Part shown: positions 52,443 to 64,000 of the stretch, one piece after another | Layout: every line of letters starts with the position of its first letter | Position numbering within the stretch: position 1 is the first letter of the stretch | From: Isurus oxyrinchus | Lineage: Eukaryota | Direction of reading: 5' to 3' | Length of the DNA: 64,000 nt | Assembly (NCBI GenBank): GCA_026770705.1 | Contig: JANJGN010000025.1 | Location: 31,310,001 to 31,374,000, forward strand | Made by a program: the position numbers and the translations under genes | The notes under the pieces: generated by a model | What the model was told of the DNA's origin: nothing | What the model saw: only the letters and a program-made list of their open reading frames with translations | Databases searched by the model: none

Positions 52443-55400
52443 GTGCCAGTAGAAGTGTCTATATCATGTTTTGGTTCTCTTACCTATTGTGCCATTAGAA
52501 ATGGTTGTACGGAAAAGTAGTGGAGCGGCTAATACTGGCAAGATTCGGAAGTGCACATGTACTTAATGATTTAATTGCGGCAGATTCCTACCCCAGAATC
52601 CGGAGGGTGAGCAGTATTTAGCTGCAATCAGGCCAGAAATGTTGCACAAGATTTTTCTCTTGAAAGAGCGCCTATGTGTCCATTGAAGCGCGCTGATCCG
52701 AAAAGACAGAGCGGACAAATAAAAATCGATCTGAAGCGACCCTGGCCGTCCTTTTCACACGATTCACACACAATCCCCTCTCAACTCTGCCAAGACAAAG
52801 GCCTGAAGCTGAGGGATTCTCCACAAGCTACAGATACCCTTTCGAGAACGCGCAGATAATTTTACCCTGGCACAAACCACACTCTGTATCAACAATTCAT
52901 CTCAAAACCTCAAAGTAATATAAGCTCATCTACAGGGCGTTGATGGGGTAGGCAGCGGTTAAGCGTTGGAGGAAATCATCACCTTTGTAATTCTGATGCT
53001 GAACCAAGTTTATAGAAGAAGTAAAAATACAAGAAAATTAACTTGGACAAAAAAGTTCTCTAAACTCCAGCAACCACACAAATCAGGTAGTATTTAGGGA
53101 GAGGGTAGATGGGTTTTAATTCAATTATTCCTCTCTCCTCCTGCCCTTGCTAAACTAACTTAGTGGCAAAGCATTTCTGGTTTGAAAGCAATGCATACGC
53201 TCTAAACTATTTTCTGTACTTTGGTCTTCCAACGCCGCCCCTAAAAAGAGAGAAGAAAGATTTATTGGGCATTTTAGTAAAAGCTGTGGAACTGATCGCA
53301 GCAAACGAGCAAAAAATTGCTTAGAGCAAACACTGCTCATTGCTTCGGGGTGTCGAGCGGCTTGCACTCCAGTGCACTTTTACCAGATCAGCGGCAACAC
53401 CAGCCCTAGAAAGTTTACCGAGAGATGGGGCGAAAGTTAAATTGCAAATCGAAAGTACTTCCCTTGTTTCTGAATATTTATGCAAGCCTCTCGCTTCTCG
53501 CCAAAGGCGAGCCTTTTTTTTTATCAGTTTACACTATCGGTCGCGCAAACAGATGACGGTCGATGGAATGAATGATTCTCTTCAATAGACAAATAGATCA
53601 GGTGAGGAGGAGACAAGCCCTCCTTCAGTTCACCTGCCAGAAAAAAAAGGAGATTCATCTCACTCAGTAGTTTCCAACTCAGTTCCGCCAAGATTCACAA
53701 CTTCCTGTGTCCAGAGAGGAGACTCGAACCCATCACGACGCAAATAATTTCGGACACTGAACAAAGACAATTACAAGCAATGATGTTTGGTATGTTTTTA
53801 ATAAATATATATGTTTTACTTAGTCGAGGGGAGATACGCTTTTCTTGATCAAGACATAATCGTTCTTAAACACCTGTATTTATTAATTAATCTATATTAT
53901 TTTGACATCAAGCAGGTTTTGAATTACAACACATGCTCTACTTCGGGGCATATTCAATATCCGTTAAAACAGATAAATTCTTTGCTTTAATTCATTTTAG
54001 TTTTTTTTTTAAATGACATTAAATCAAGCTCGTGCTTTTGTTCTGATTATTTTGATAATCCAGTGCACAGCCCTTACGGTTCCGGGTAGTTGTATATGTG
54101 TCTCCCAGTGTAATAGCGATCACCCGTCGGACATTCTATCGAACCGCGAGTGGGTCGCAGTTATCGCCCGCTGTGTAATATTAGCGTTAGACAACAGAAC
54201 GACTAGAAATAACACAAATTCACCAACTTAGAAATAAAGGAGGCTTCGAATCTTTCTGAAGCGGGTTGCCAGTTGTGTGCGCAGAAACTCAAAGCCTCTT
54301 TGCCCCTGTGTTTCAATGAATTATATTTGTTCCCCCCCCCCCCACCCCCACCCCCTATATTCATTGCTAAATTGCTGTGCAAAGGGTGCTTTGATTTACA
54401 ACATTAGGTATCCCTGGCGAGCTCATTTTAAAAAACTTCTAAAAAAAATAATACACCGAATCGCCGTAAATAAGGAAATAACCGTTGCTACAATCAACAG
54501 ATTTTTTATTTTGAACTGGGTATTAGAAATTGGTACTCACCACTTTTATCTAGATTCGCATCTGATGATGAGGTGAGGAGGTGGGGGTTGGGGTGGGGGG
54601 GAACACATTTATTTATAGGGAAAAGGAGCAGCCGGCTTCGATTTGGCTTTACTGCGTTAAGAGAATCGCTTTAGAGAGAGAAAAAAACAAGTCTGTTACC
54701 AATCGGTTGGTTCAGAAAGAAGACAAACGCCAGCCACCTAAGTCAAGCAAGCGTCCAGGCAGATCTGGATAAAATAAACAAAGCGACGGAGATCAGCAGT
54801 CCCGCTCAGCAACGTCCGAGTCAATTAGAGAAAAATCCTAAAGAATTAATCACATTAAGGGTGCAGAAGTTTTTTTTTCGGGGTATAAAGGACGCGTTGT
54901 GAGCGAGGAGGCGCCGCGATCCCTTTGAATGCCTTTTCTCCTCTGGAGTTCTACAGCGACACTCCATACGCTAGGTGGCAGCCAGATACTGTACAAGATT
55001 TTGACAAATTCTCCAGCATATGCTGCGATTTAGCACTGTAAATTTTTCAGAAGCCCGCTGCACTGACAGCACCCGGCGGTTATCAAAGTGCCACAAGTCA
55101 CCGCTTAAAAACTGCAATGACTTTGAGATCACCGGGACACAATGGGAACCACTTTCCCTATTCATCGTGCTGCAGTGTAGTGAGGGAGAGAGAGAGAAAA
55201 AAAACAGGGCAAAATCACAGGGAACTCAAATTCAATAGATCTAGCTGGTTATCAGAGAACAACTGGGAAGTAAGTGGCAACCAGTTCGTGTTATAAATAG
55301 GTTTCTCTAGCCATGCCACGGTTGGCATCCAATACAGTATTCAATTTACCAAATCCTATACTTTCCATTCCACTCCTTAAAAACATTTAAATGGCGGGCT

Positions 55401-57729
55401 TCTGACTGTCTGGCTGGTTTGTTACTGAGCAACTCAAAGTTACTTTTGAAATTATTACAAAGTGCAACCTGTCCGTTTGAAATAAAGGAAACAGTGATTG
55501 CATTCTGTTCCTTAAAACCTATCAAATCCAAACTTTTGTGTGCCTTTCTAAAAAGCCCATTGGCTCTACACACTCTTCGCCAGATAACATTGATATCCTG
55601 ACACGTTAGTTTAATTAATAACATAAGATATTCTCTTCATATTTCTCGAAATTAACCGCACGTTGCATTTTAGACTGTTGAATGTCAATACTCCATACTA
55701 TTCTTTTCCCTGGCCTTTTATAAACTGTTACATTGGAAAAGATGCATGCATTTTGTGGATTACAACATATATTGCTGTAGATACCAGCTGAAGATTTTGT
55801 CCAGACTTTGCTAATGTGAGTGAGCGTGGTTTATATGTGTTGCATCAAAGGGGGCATCAAGACGAAATTGAATTTATTTACCCCCAAGTAACCAAGTTTT
55901 GGTGTGTTATAGTTTTTAATCATTTTATTAAATTGTAAACACATTGCTGAGAAATTGCTCCCACGTAGTGCATACGTTCAAGCAGATTTGTGGAAAAAAG
56001 GGCAGAGAGGGGAAATTTTCTTCTAAGTAACGGTATTTAAAGTGCTACCCACTGCACCTCAAATCGAACACCTGTTTAATGCAATGTTTCCCTCGAATGT
56101 TCATAACTTCATCTTTTATACTGGTAAACTTTGCAGTCATCGTTTCAGCGTGTAAATATTGGAACATTATCAGTAACAAGTACTTTTAATTTTCAAGACT
56201 TACTTGGCAAATGTACAGGATTCCTCTAAAATGTGGATTAAAGTGTATCTTTTAGATTGTTAAATGCTGTGCATTTGCAACTCAGCGCCAGCGAGTTAAC
56301 ACTTTGCAATTTCCTACAATCATAAAATTCGTGCTATTTTTCTCTCCAAACATTAGTGCAATTACATGCATTTATTTAGCAGACCAGAAGAATTTCGCAA
56401 ATCACCCATTCCTTCAATGAAACATAACCCACAATGCGACCAGAGTCTCCAAAACCATTGAATTTACCCGAACCTGTATATTCTTCACGAACATAATAAC
56501 ATTTGTCAATTTTGCCCCGTTGAAGCGTCCATTTCCTGGTTAATTCTAGTGGCGCTGCCAATAAACTAAACCTATCCAACCCGAGTGACCACTAAATGTA
56601 ATGTGGTGTAAATACAGTTGTCCTTCTTGCAAAATAAAGACATTGGGAATTCGAATCCATTATTACAGAGGGACAGGGAGGGGAAAGCATTATCGGGGCA
56701 GCTCGGCTCCAAATGTTCGCCGCTCTTCCACATAGTTCAGGAAATTTAAAGCGAAATTATTCATTTATCTGCATGCATCTATGTGTTTGTCTGTCTATGT
56801 ATGTTTCTATGCATCCAGCTAAGTATACGCGCACTTCAAAGCTGTTTTCACTTTTAAGTATTTCAAAGTAAACATGATATTTATCCGTATTAATAATGGT
56901 TCATCAGATGAATGAGACCCTCTCGAGCATTCATGGTTTTTCTCAGGCTACACACCTTCTGCAACGTAAAGGAACAATTATTCTTCATAAACCAGCCGTA
57001 GCTGATTTCTGACATGGTTGTCCTTAATGTTATTTGGATACTTTCATAAAATCTCTTATAATCCTTGCCACACTTTCAACAGCTCCCGTCAGGATGTCTC
57101 AATCAATGCAAAATCATTGCCGCCAATGTTACCTCTTCAACAACAACTTTTGCCCTTGGCAAAACCGATTTGCGAATAATGTGGTTTTCTGGTTTTGATG
57201 GGAGCTTTGGTGTTCGAGAATATGCTTACTATAGAAGCTTAGGAAAATCATACCTATATACATATATATATATATATATTATAGCTATGCTCTTGCAAGC
57301 TATACCGTGGGCTCTTTATTGATGTCAAGTTAGCTCCACACATTGCACGATTCCACCTCCATGAAGGGCGCGTTTATAAATAATTTTAATTGGGATTGTT
57401 CAATGCTGTGGCATCCCTGAACCTTTCTGTTTAATATTCTTTATTAGATTATTTAATACCTGTATATATATTCTGTTAATTTGTGGTAGTAATATTTAAA
57501 ACATTCTGTTATCTCCCCCACCCCCACCCCCACCCCCTCCCTCCAAATCATTCCTGATTTTATTTAAAAATAAAAAATTGGGTGTGTGTGGGGTGGTGGG
57601 GGAGTTGGGTTTGGGGTGGGGGGGGGTGGAAGAGAAATAAAAAACTTATTTTTTCGAAGTAGACCTCTGCGCATGGATCTAATGTAAATTTGTTCTCGGT
57701 CAGGACGTGCTGGATAATAAGTAAGGTGC

Positions 57730-57920
57730 CTGTCCAATGCGGTGCAGGGGGCGGGCCAGATGTCCCAGCCCCTCGAACCTAAAGCTCTGACCAGTCGCCT
57801 TTGATTGTCAGTCGCCAGCAGCCGCCGCTTGGCTCCGTCACTCGGCAGCGCCATATAAGGAAAGCATCTCCATAGAAACGTGTCAGTTTCAATAGTCGTG
57901 TCAAAGTTCACTATATACAG
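57730..57920 (+). promoter_or_regulatory. NR2F2 core promoter/TSS region
   Basis: CCAAT 57734-57738, GC box GGGGCGGG 57748-57755, CTTTGAT 57799-57805, CCATATAAGG (TATA-like/CArG) 57851-57860, DR1 GTGTCA-A-AGTTCA 57898-57910; CpG-rich. Confidence 0.75.
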
Positions 57921-58567
57921 CCATCCGCGCAGATTTCCCCTTTCAGAAAAATTACTCCGCAAGCCCGCTCGTTCAAATCGGATTCACTTCCAACCCCCTT
58001 TTGCATATTTGATCAGTTTGATTCTCTCTCTCTCCCCTTATTTTTGCCTCCTCTTGCATGAGAGAGGTTCTATAGCTCCTTTTTTTCCACGACGTCGACT
58101 CCTTTTTTTTTGTAGTCTCTTTTTTTTTCTCTCTGCTGGCGAGTTGTTGACTCTCTTCGTGTGTGTGTGTCTGTGCAGTTCCTACCAGTACGGCGAAGAA
58201 TTTATGATCAGTTGATGGTCGGGCAGTTCTACTCCGGATCGTGCATCTGCCTTCAAGAGTCGATCCTTTTTTTTTGTTTTTAATCTTTAACCTTTCATCC
58301 CCCTTCGTCCTTTTTTAATGGGTTTCCTGAATGGCTGACTGCGTGCTTCCCTGGTCCTGGCCCCCCGACACTCGCCTCTTCTCTGCCGATCGGGTTTGAA
58401 CTGCTACTCTTTCTCTCTCTCTCTTTCTCCCTCTCTCTCTCCCTCCCTCTCTGTATTTTTTTTTTGTTGCTGTCAGCTAATCGACTCTTCCTCCTTCATT
58501 TTCCTGATCTGCCGATTCAAAGACAAGACAGGTTTTTTTTTTGTCTGATAACACTCTGCCCCGAGAT
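57880..58567 (+). other. NR2F2 5' UTR (approximate start), pyrimidine-rich, five upstream AUGs
   Basis: Lies between TATA-like box and ATG; CT/T-rich tracts; uATGs at 58058, 58204, 58215, 58318, 58331. Confidence 0.65.
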
Positions 58568-58988
58568 ATGGCAATGGTAGTTAGTACGTGGCGAGACCCG
58601 CAGGACGACGTGGCCGGAGCGCAAGGCACACAGCCACCCCCGCCTCAGCAAGGACCGCAACCGCCTTCTGGAGCACCCCTTACCCCGCAGACCCCAGGCC
58701 AGCCGGGAGCCCCGGGCACCCCGGCCCAGTCAAACCAGCAGAACCAGCAGCAAGGCGAAAAGCAGCAGCAGCATATCGAGTGTGTGGTGTGCGGGGACAA
58801 ATCGAGCGGCAAACACTACGGCCAGTTCACCTGCGAAGGTTGCAAGAGTTTCTTTAAGAGAAGTGTGCGCAGAAACTTGACGTACACATGTCGTGCCAAC
58901 AGGAACTGCCCCATAGACCAACACCACCGCAATCAGTGTCAGTACTGTCGCCTGAAAAAATGCCTCAAAGTCGGCATGAGACGGGAAG
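58568..58988 (+). CDS. NR2F2: NR2F2/COUP-TFII coding exon 1 (A/B region + two C4 zinc fingers)
   Basis: ATG at 58568 gives [12 protein letters not shown]...[33 protein letters not shown]...[17 protein letters not shown]; phase-1 donor G|GTATTG after 58988. Confidence 0.95.
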
Positions 58989-59244
58989 GTATTGAGAATT
59001 CATTTATTTCAAATGTTTGAGATACTCTAACCAGCCACCCCCCCCCCACCCACCCACCAACTCCCACCCAGCAAAGAAGCTTGAACTGCTCTGAGTTAAT
59101 TCTACAAAGTTGCAGCTTGCTTCCTGCATGCCAGTTTAAATCAATTGCTATGTCTGAGTCTGTACTTTGCAGAGTCCTCCTGGTTGAGAAAGTCTTATAA
59201 GTGTTCTTGTAAATGATTTTTCCCCCCCTTGATTTCAGTGTGTC

Positions 59245-59270
59245 AGAGAGAGAGAGAGAGAGAGAAAACT

Positions 59271-59301
<31 letters not shown>

Positions 59302-59302
59302 T
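59245..59302. repeat. Compound (GA)n/(GT)n microsatellite in NR2F2 intron 1
   Basis: Direct read. Confidence 0.85.
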
Positions 59303-59701
59303 GTTTGAAAATAGTAAGATGTAGATTGACCGTAGAAAGCGTGCTTTGATTGTAATCTAATTTGAAAAAAATGTGTTATGTTACACATGAAACTTCACAT
59401 GAAAAGAGAGGAGGGCATTAATAATGTACTGTGCAAGTTGCAGCAGTTTGCAGAGTAAAGTCCAGATAGGAAAATAAATCAGCCATTGTTGTAAAATATT
59501 CAATCAGTTTTTACACGCTTTAGAGAAATGACATAGCAAAATGGCATAGCAGTGTTCGGTTTAAAATATGCAGGGTAGGTTTAAAACCTACAGCTTCATG
59601 TTGTACAATCGGTGGGAATTTAAAAATATATATATACGGTATGCCCCAGCTATTGTTGCTTGTAGATGGTTAGGGGTGTGTATTGTATGCAAACTGTCTG
59701 A

Positions 59702-60313
<612 letters not shown>

Positions 60314-61591
60314 TGATCTGTAATCAGAACAGCCATGATATCAGATCAGAATGAACATGCAGTCAAATACTAAGCTCTGATCTCAGTGTACCCTTTATAC
60401 AACACCTATATTAATATAGACAGGGCTGGAAAGTCTTCGTGTTTTCGCATAATGTAAGTTTTAAAATATGATTAAAACAATTACTTAAAAAAAAACACAT
60501 TTAACCACTCAAAGGTAGTTACTGAAAATTTCCAACGTTTCGCATGCAAACCCATCCCAAGACTTTTTTAAATAAATAAGTACAATTGAAAACCTGGATG
60601 GCGATTAAAATATAATATAATATTGCCATTTTGCAAACATTACAGATTGAGTTGAATGCTCCTTCATATTGTGTGCAAAATTGCTGCATTTAAGTTCTAA
60701 CAGTAGCGCAATCATTCATCTGGGGTTGGTATAAAGCGTTCAGGGATTGATATCAGGAAACAGGAATTTTCAGTTTATGTGGGAAAGCGGTTCACAATCC
60801 TTTCCTTGTTGTGTTAGGGTGATCTGGGTATCCAGAGGACTCTGTGGACCCTTTCCAGTGCTTGGGTCGTGACCCACGCTTCCTTTTCTATATTATTACT
60901 TCACACATAAAAACGATGCTTTTCCAAAACGTCTTTTTTTTTAAACCAAACTAATCAAATTAGAAGCGAACATTTAGTTAGAGGGAAAAAAAATATCCAG
61001 GCGACTGAGCTTAAGTGGGGGTGACGTGTTGTGTGTTTGCTTTAAGTTATCACATGCCAGTTTTTATGAAGTAGTATTTTTCTTAGTCTTTTTTTTATAC
61101 TTGAATTACTAACCGACTTGGAAACACTTTTAAATGTTATGCGGTTTATTTTGTTTGTTCAGTCTACTTGATCCTACTCAACCAAGAGCAATCGATGACA
61201 TTACCATAGCAGTTAATTTATTACTATTTGCAAAATGTCAGGCCTTGTGTGCAGCGAGGCAAACTCACTGTTTTGTGAGCACTTTGGTGTTACACGCTGT
61301 TGAGGGAAAATATATATATCTACGCATAAATGTTTAACACTACACTCCAGAGATAGCTAAATCTGGTTTAAGTTTAGAAAACCAAAAAGTATTATGTAAA
61401 ATGTGGTTGTGAATGGTTGCTGTATCTGTGCATTGTGTTTTTCTTTGATGCCTATAATAATATGCGTCTGTTGGGCTGGGTCTAGAGCATTGCAAGATGC
61501 AATGGCTAGGTCAGGTCATAACCTATGCTCTCTAATTAAAGGTCCCATGCACGTATGGGTGTAATTTATTTAATCCTACACTTTTTTCTAA

Positions 61592-61915
<324 letters not shown>

Positions 61916-63620
61916 ATAGGAGGGCAAAAAAGGCAAGTGACATTATTTTGCAAATTCCTTCTGTAAGGGAGGAAATAAAAGGCTGTTACAAGTTTACCTA
62001 TGTGACACAAAAAAATGAAGAGAGGGAAGAAAAAAAAAGGACTGTGGATTTCAATGACTGTACATGAACTTAAAAAAAACGCATTCAAAAACTCTCCTGT
62101 GTCGTTCAGAACAACTTGCTACTTATCATTTTTGTAACAAAAGGAAATTAGTCTTTTATTTTGGTTTATTTTGTAAACTTTTGAGAAATATCGATATAAA
62201 GATAAGTGCATTTAAACAAGAATCTCAAAATTAGGAGGAAAGAAAATAACATTTTCCAAATTATTATAAATTGTCCTGTGTCTATGTATCTATAGCTGTT
62301 TTGTATTTTTCCTGGTTTCAAACCAGTCTCCTCTGTGATTCTCTACTAATAATTTTGATATAACCATTGCTTCTTATCAGATACGGTGTATCACGTAAAT
62401 ATGTTCTGCAAGAATTAAAACTGAATCCACTAAAACGTTAGACGAAAGGTTTTATTGACAGAATTGAAACTTAATGCTGGAAACGCACTTATAGTGTTAA
62501 CTCATAAGACGTTTAATTTGGGGAAGATGGACTGCAGACCTATATTAAATGATACACACTTGTAATTTAAAAATCCATTGTTGAAAACTCGTTAATATTG
62601 ACATGTTGGGGGGGGGGGGAGGAGTACATTGTGGGTATATTTCTGAAAGCAAAAATCTTTTACGTGTCCAAGACACAGTACAATTTTCTTTCATTAAATT
62701 TAAGAAAATTTTAGCGATCTGAATGTGGCTCCATTTAGTTCCTGTTGCAGTATAGAGTCCTACCAGGCTCCAAAAATAAAAACGCCTGTTTGTATATTTC
62801 CAGTCCATTTGTAACAATTATCAACCCCCTGCCCTTTTAAAGGAAAGTAATGCCACAATTTCTTTTCTTGGATTCAGCATGGAACTCTATGTCGGCACTT
62901 ACTATTTGACATGTGGTTAATTAAGTATCTAGAGTTTACAGTCGTGTATACAAGCTGAAGGTTTTTTTTAAGTGCAACATTTCTGTACTGTAAAGAGTTA
63001 TGATTGGATTGTTTGGTCAGTCTTGTGTGTTATATTCAAGAAAAAAATGAAAGTATTCGGAGATTATAATATTATTTGATATATGGAACTTTTTCGCTGT
63101 TACAACTGTATGTTCACCCAAGGGAAAAAAATCTCATTACAATGGTCAAACATCGCAGTTTACTGGAGTCATTACAATTCGTGGATTATTTGTCTTATTT
63201 ACTCAATATACCTGTATGGTTTACTACCACTGTCTGTAGTAGTGGACAAACCACATGCTCTTTCAATGAAAGGATAAACCGTGGACTCATGCTGCTCATT
63301 GTCTTTTGGGTTTAGCAGTGACACCTTAAAGATACAGTCAAAATCCCCAATACGAGACGCCGTTCCCCCTCCTCTTTTAAATTCAAAATGCCATAGGGAT
63401 TTTGACCACCGACCCTTATTTAGTTCTAACTTAAGTGCCTGTGCAACCAATGTACATTAGACAGGTGTTAGGAAGCATGGATCATTATGTGTTTTAATGG
63501 TCAAGATTTTGTTTTGAAGCTTATTGTGTCTAAAGTTCACGCACAGAACACACTTAAACAAGCAATTGCTACTAGGAACAGTGTTGATTGTAAATAAAAT
63601 ATATTAAATGAATTTATTCA
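61916..63620 (+). other. NR2F2 3' UTR (approximate end)
   Basis: AU-rich and repeat-free; poly(A) hexamers ATTAAA 62414, AATAAA 62775, AATAAA 63593 + ATTAAA 63603 followed by GU/U-rich sequence. Confidence 0.65.
63593..63608 (+). terminator. Probable distal polyadenylation signal
   Basis: AATAAA 63593-63598 and ATTAAA 63603-63608 with downstream TGTGGTTG...TTTTTGTT. Confidence 0.55.
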
Positions 63621-64000
63621 AAAAAGTATGTCTGGAAAAATGTGGTTGCCAATTTTTGTTATTGGAAGTTCTTCAAACTGAGGATGATGTGACTGACGTT
63701 TGATGTGTAGCACTATAAGTGAGCCTGATTTAATGGATATAAATATAAATTCATTTGAATTTTTATATATGGGAATAGACTGTGAGAGCATGGCCACAGG
63801 TCGCTAACACATTTTACATTTGTTACATACATGTAAATGTTGGATTGTATAGAGGATATACATTTTGGCGAATGTTTGCCTTCAGTGCTCCCATATACCC
63901 TTGTATTAAAAACAAAACACAAAAAAAAACAGAGCGAGCTGGTTTGAGTTGGCCAAGCCATTTGTTCCAAGCTTTTCTGGTAGTGCTGCTACCTACACTG

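Noticed and set aside
57564-58215. ORFs of 132 aa (-) and 111 aa (+) over the promoter/leader
   Set aside because: No recognisable domain; composition driven by simple repeats and CpG-rich promoter sequence
58541-58567. N-terminal extension from the TTG start in the ORF track
   Set aside because: The conserved COUP-TF start MAMVV is the ATG at 58568; the TTG follows a T run in poor context

Overview
AT-rich vertebrate genomic DNA. The LINE/SINE/MITE repertoire looks like a cartilaginous fish (shark); this is an inference. The only supportable protein-coding gene is a 3-exon NR2F2 (COUP-TFII) nuclear receptor on the + strand: CDS 58568-58988, 59757-60284 and 61641-61915, 407 aa. It has a recognisable promoter (CCAAT, GC box, CArG/TATA, DR1), a uORF-rich leader and a ~1.7 kb 3'UTR. 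The upstream ~57 kb is gene desert. From 1 to ~43.5 kb, candidate conserved enhancers alternate with decayed CR1 and L2/CR1-group LINEs, tRNA-derived SINEs and several GG-terminated MITE families with 3-bp target duplications, often nested. From ~43.5 kb to the end I recognise no transposon, and CpGs are retained from ~46 kb. No prokaryotic-type system (CRISPR, operon) is present. The most unusual items are the multi-hairpin and G-rich Harbinger-like MITEs, a small TSD-flanked tRNA-Thr-like SINE, and several layers of putative NR2F2 regulation. All motif and enhancer calls were read by eye and are unverified.
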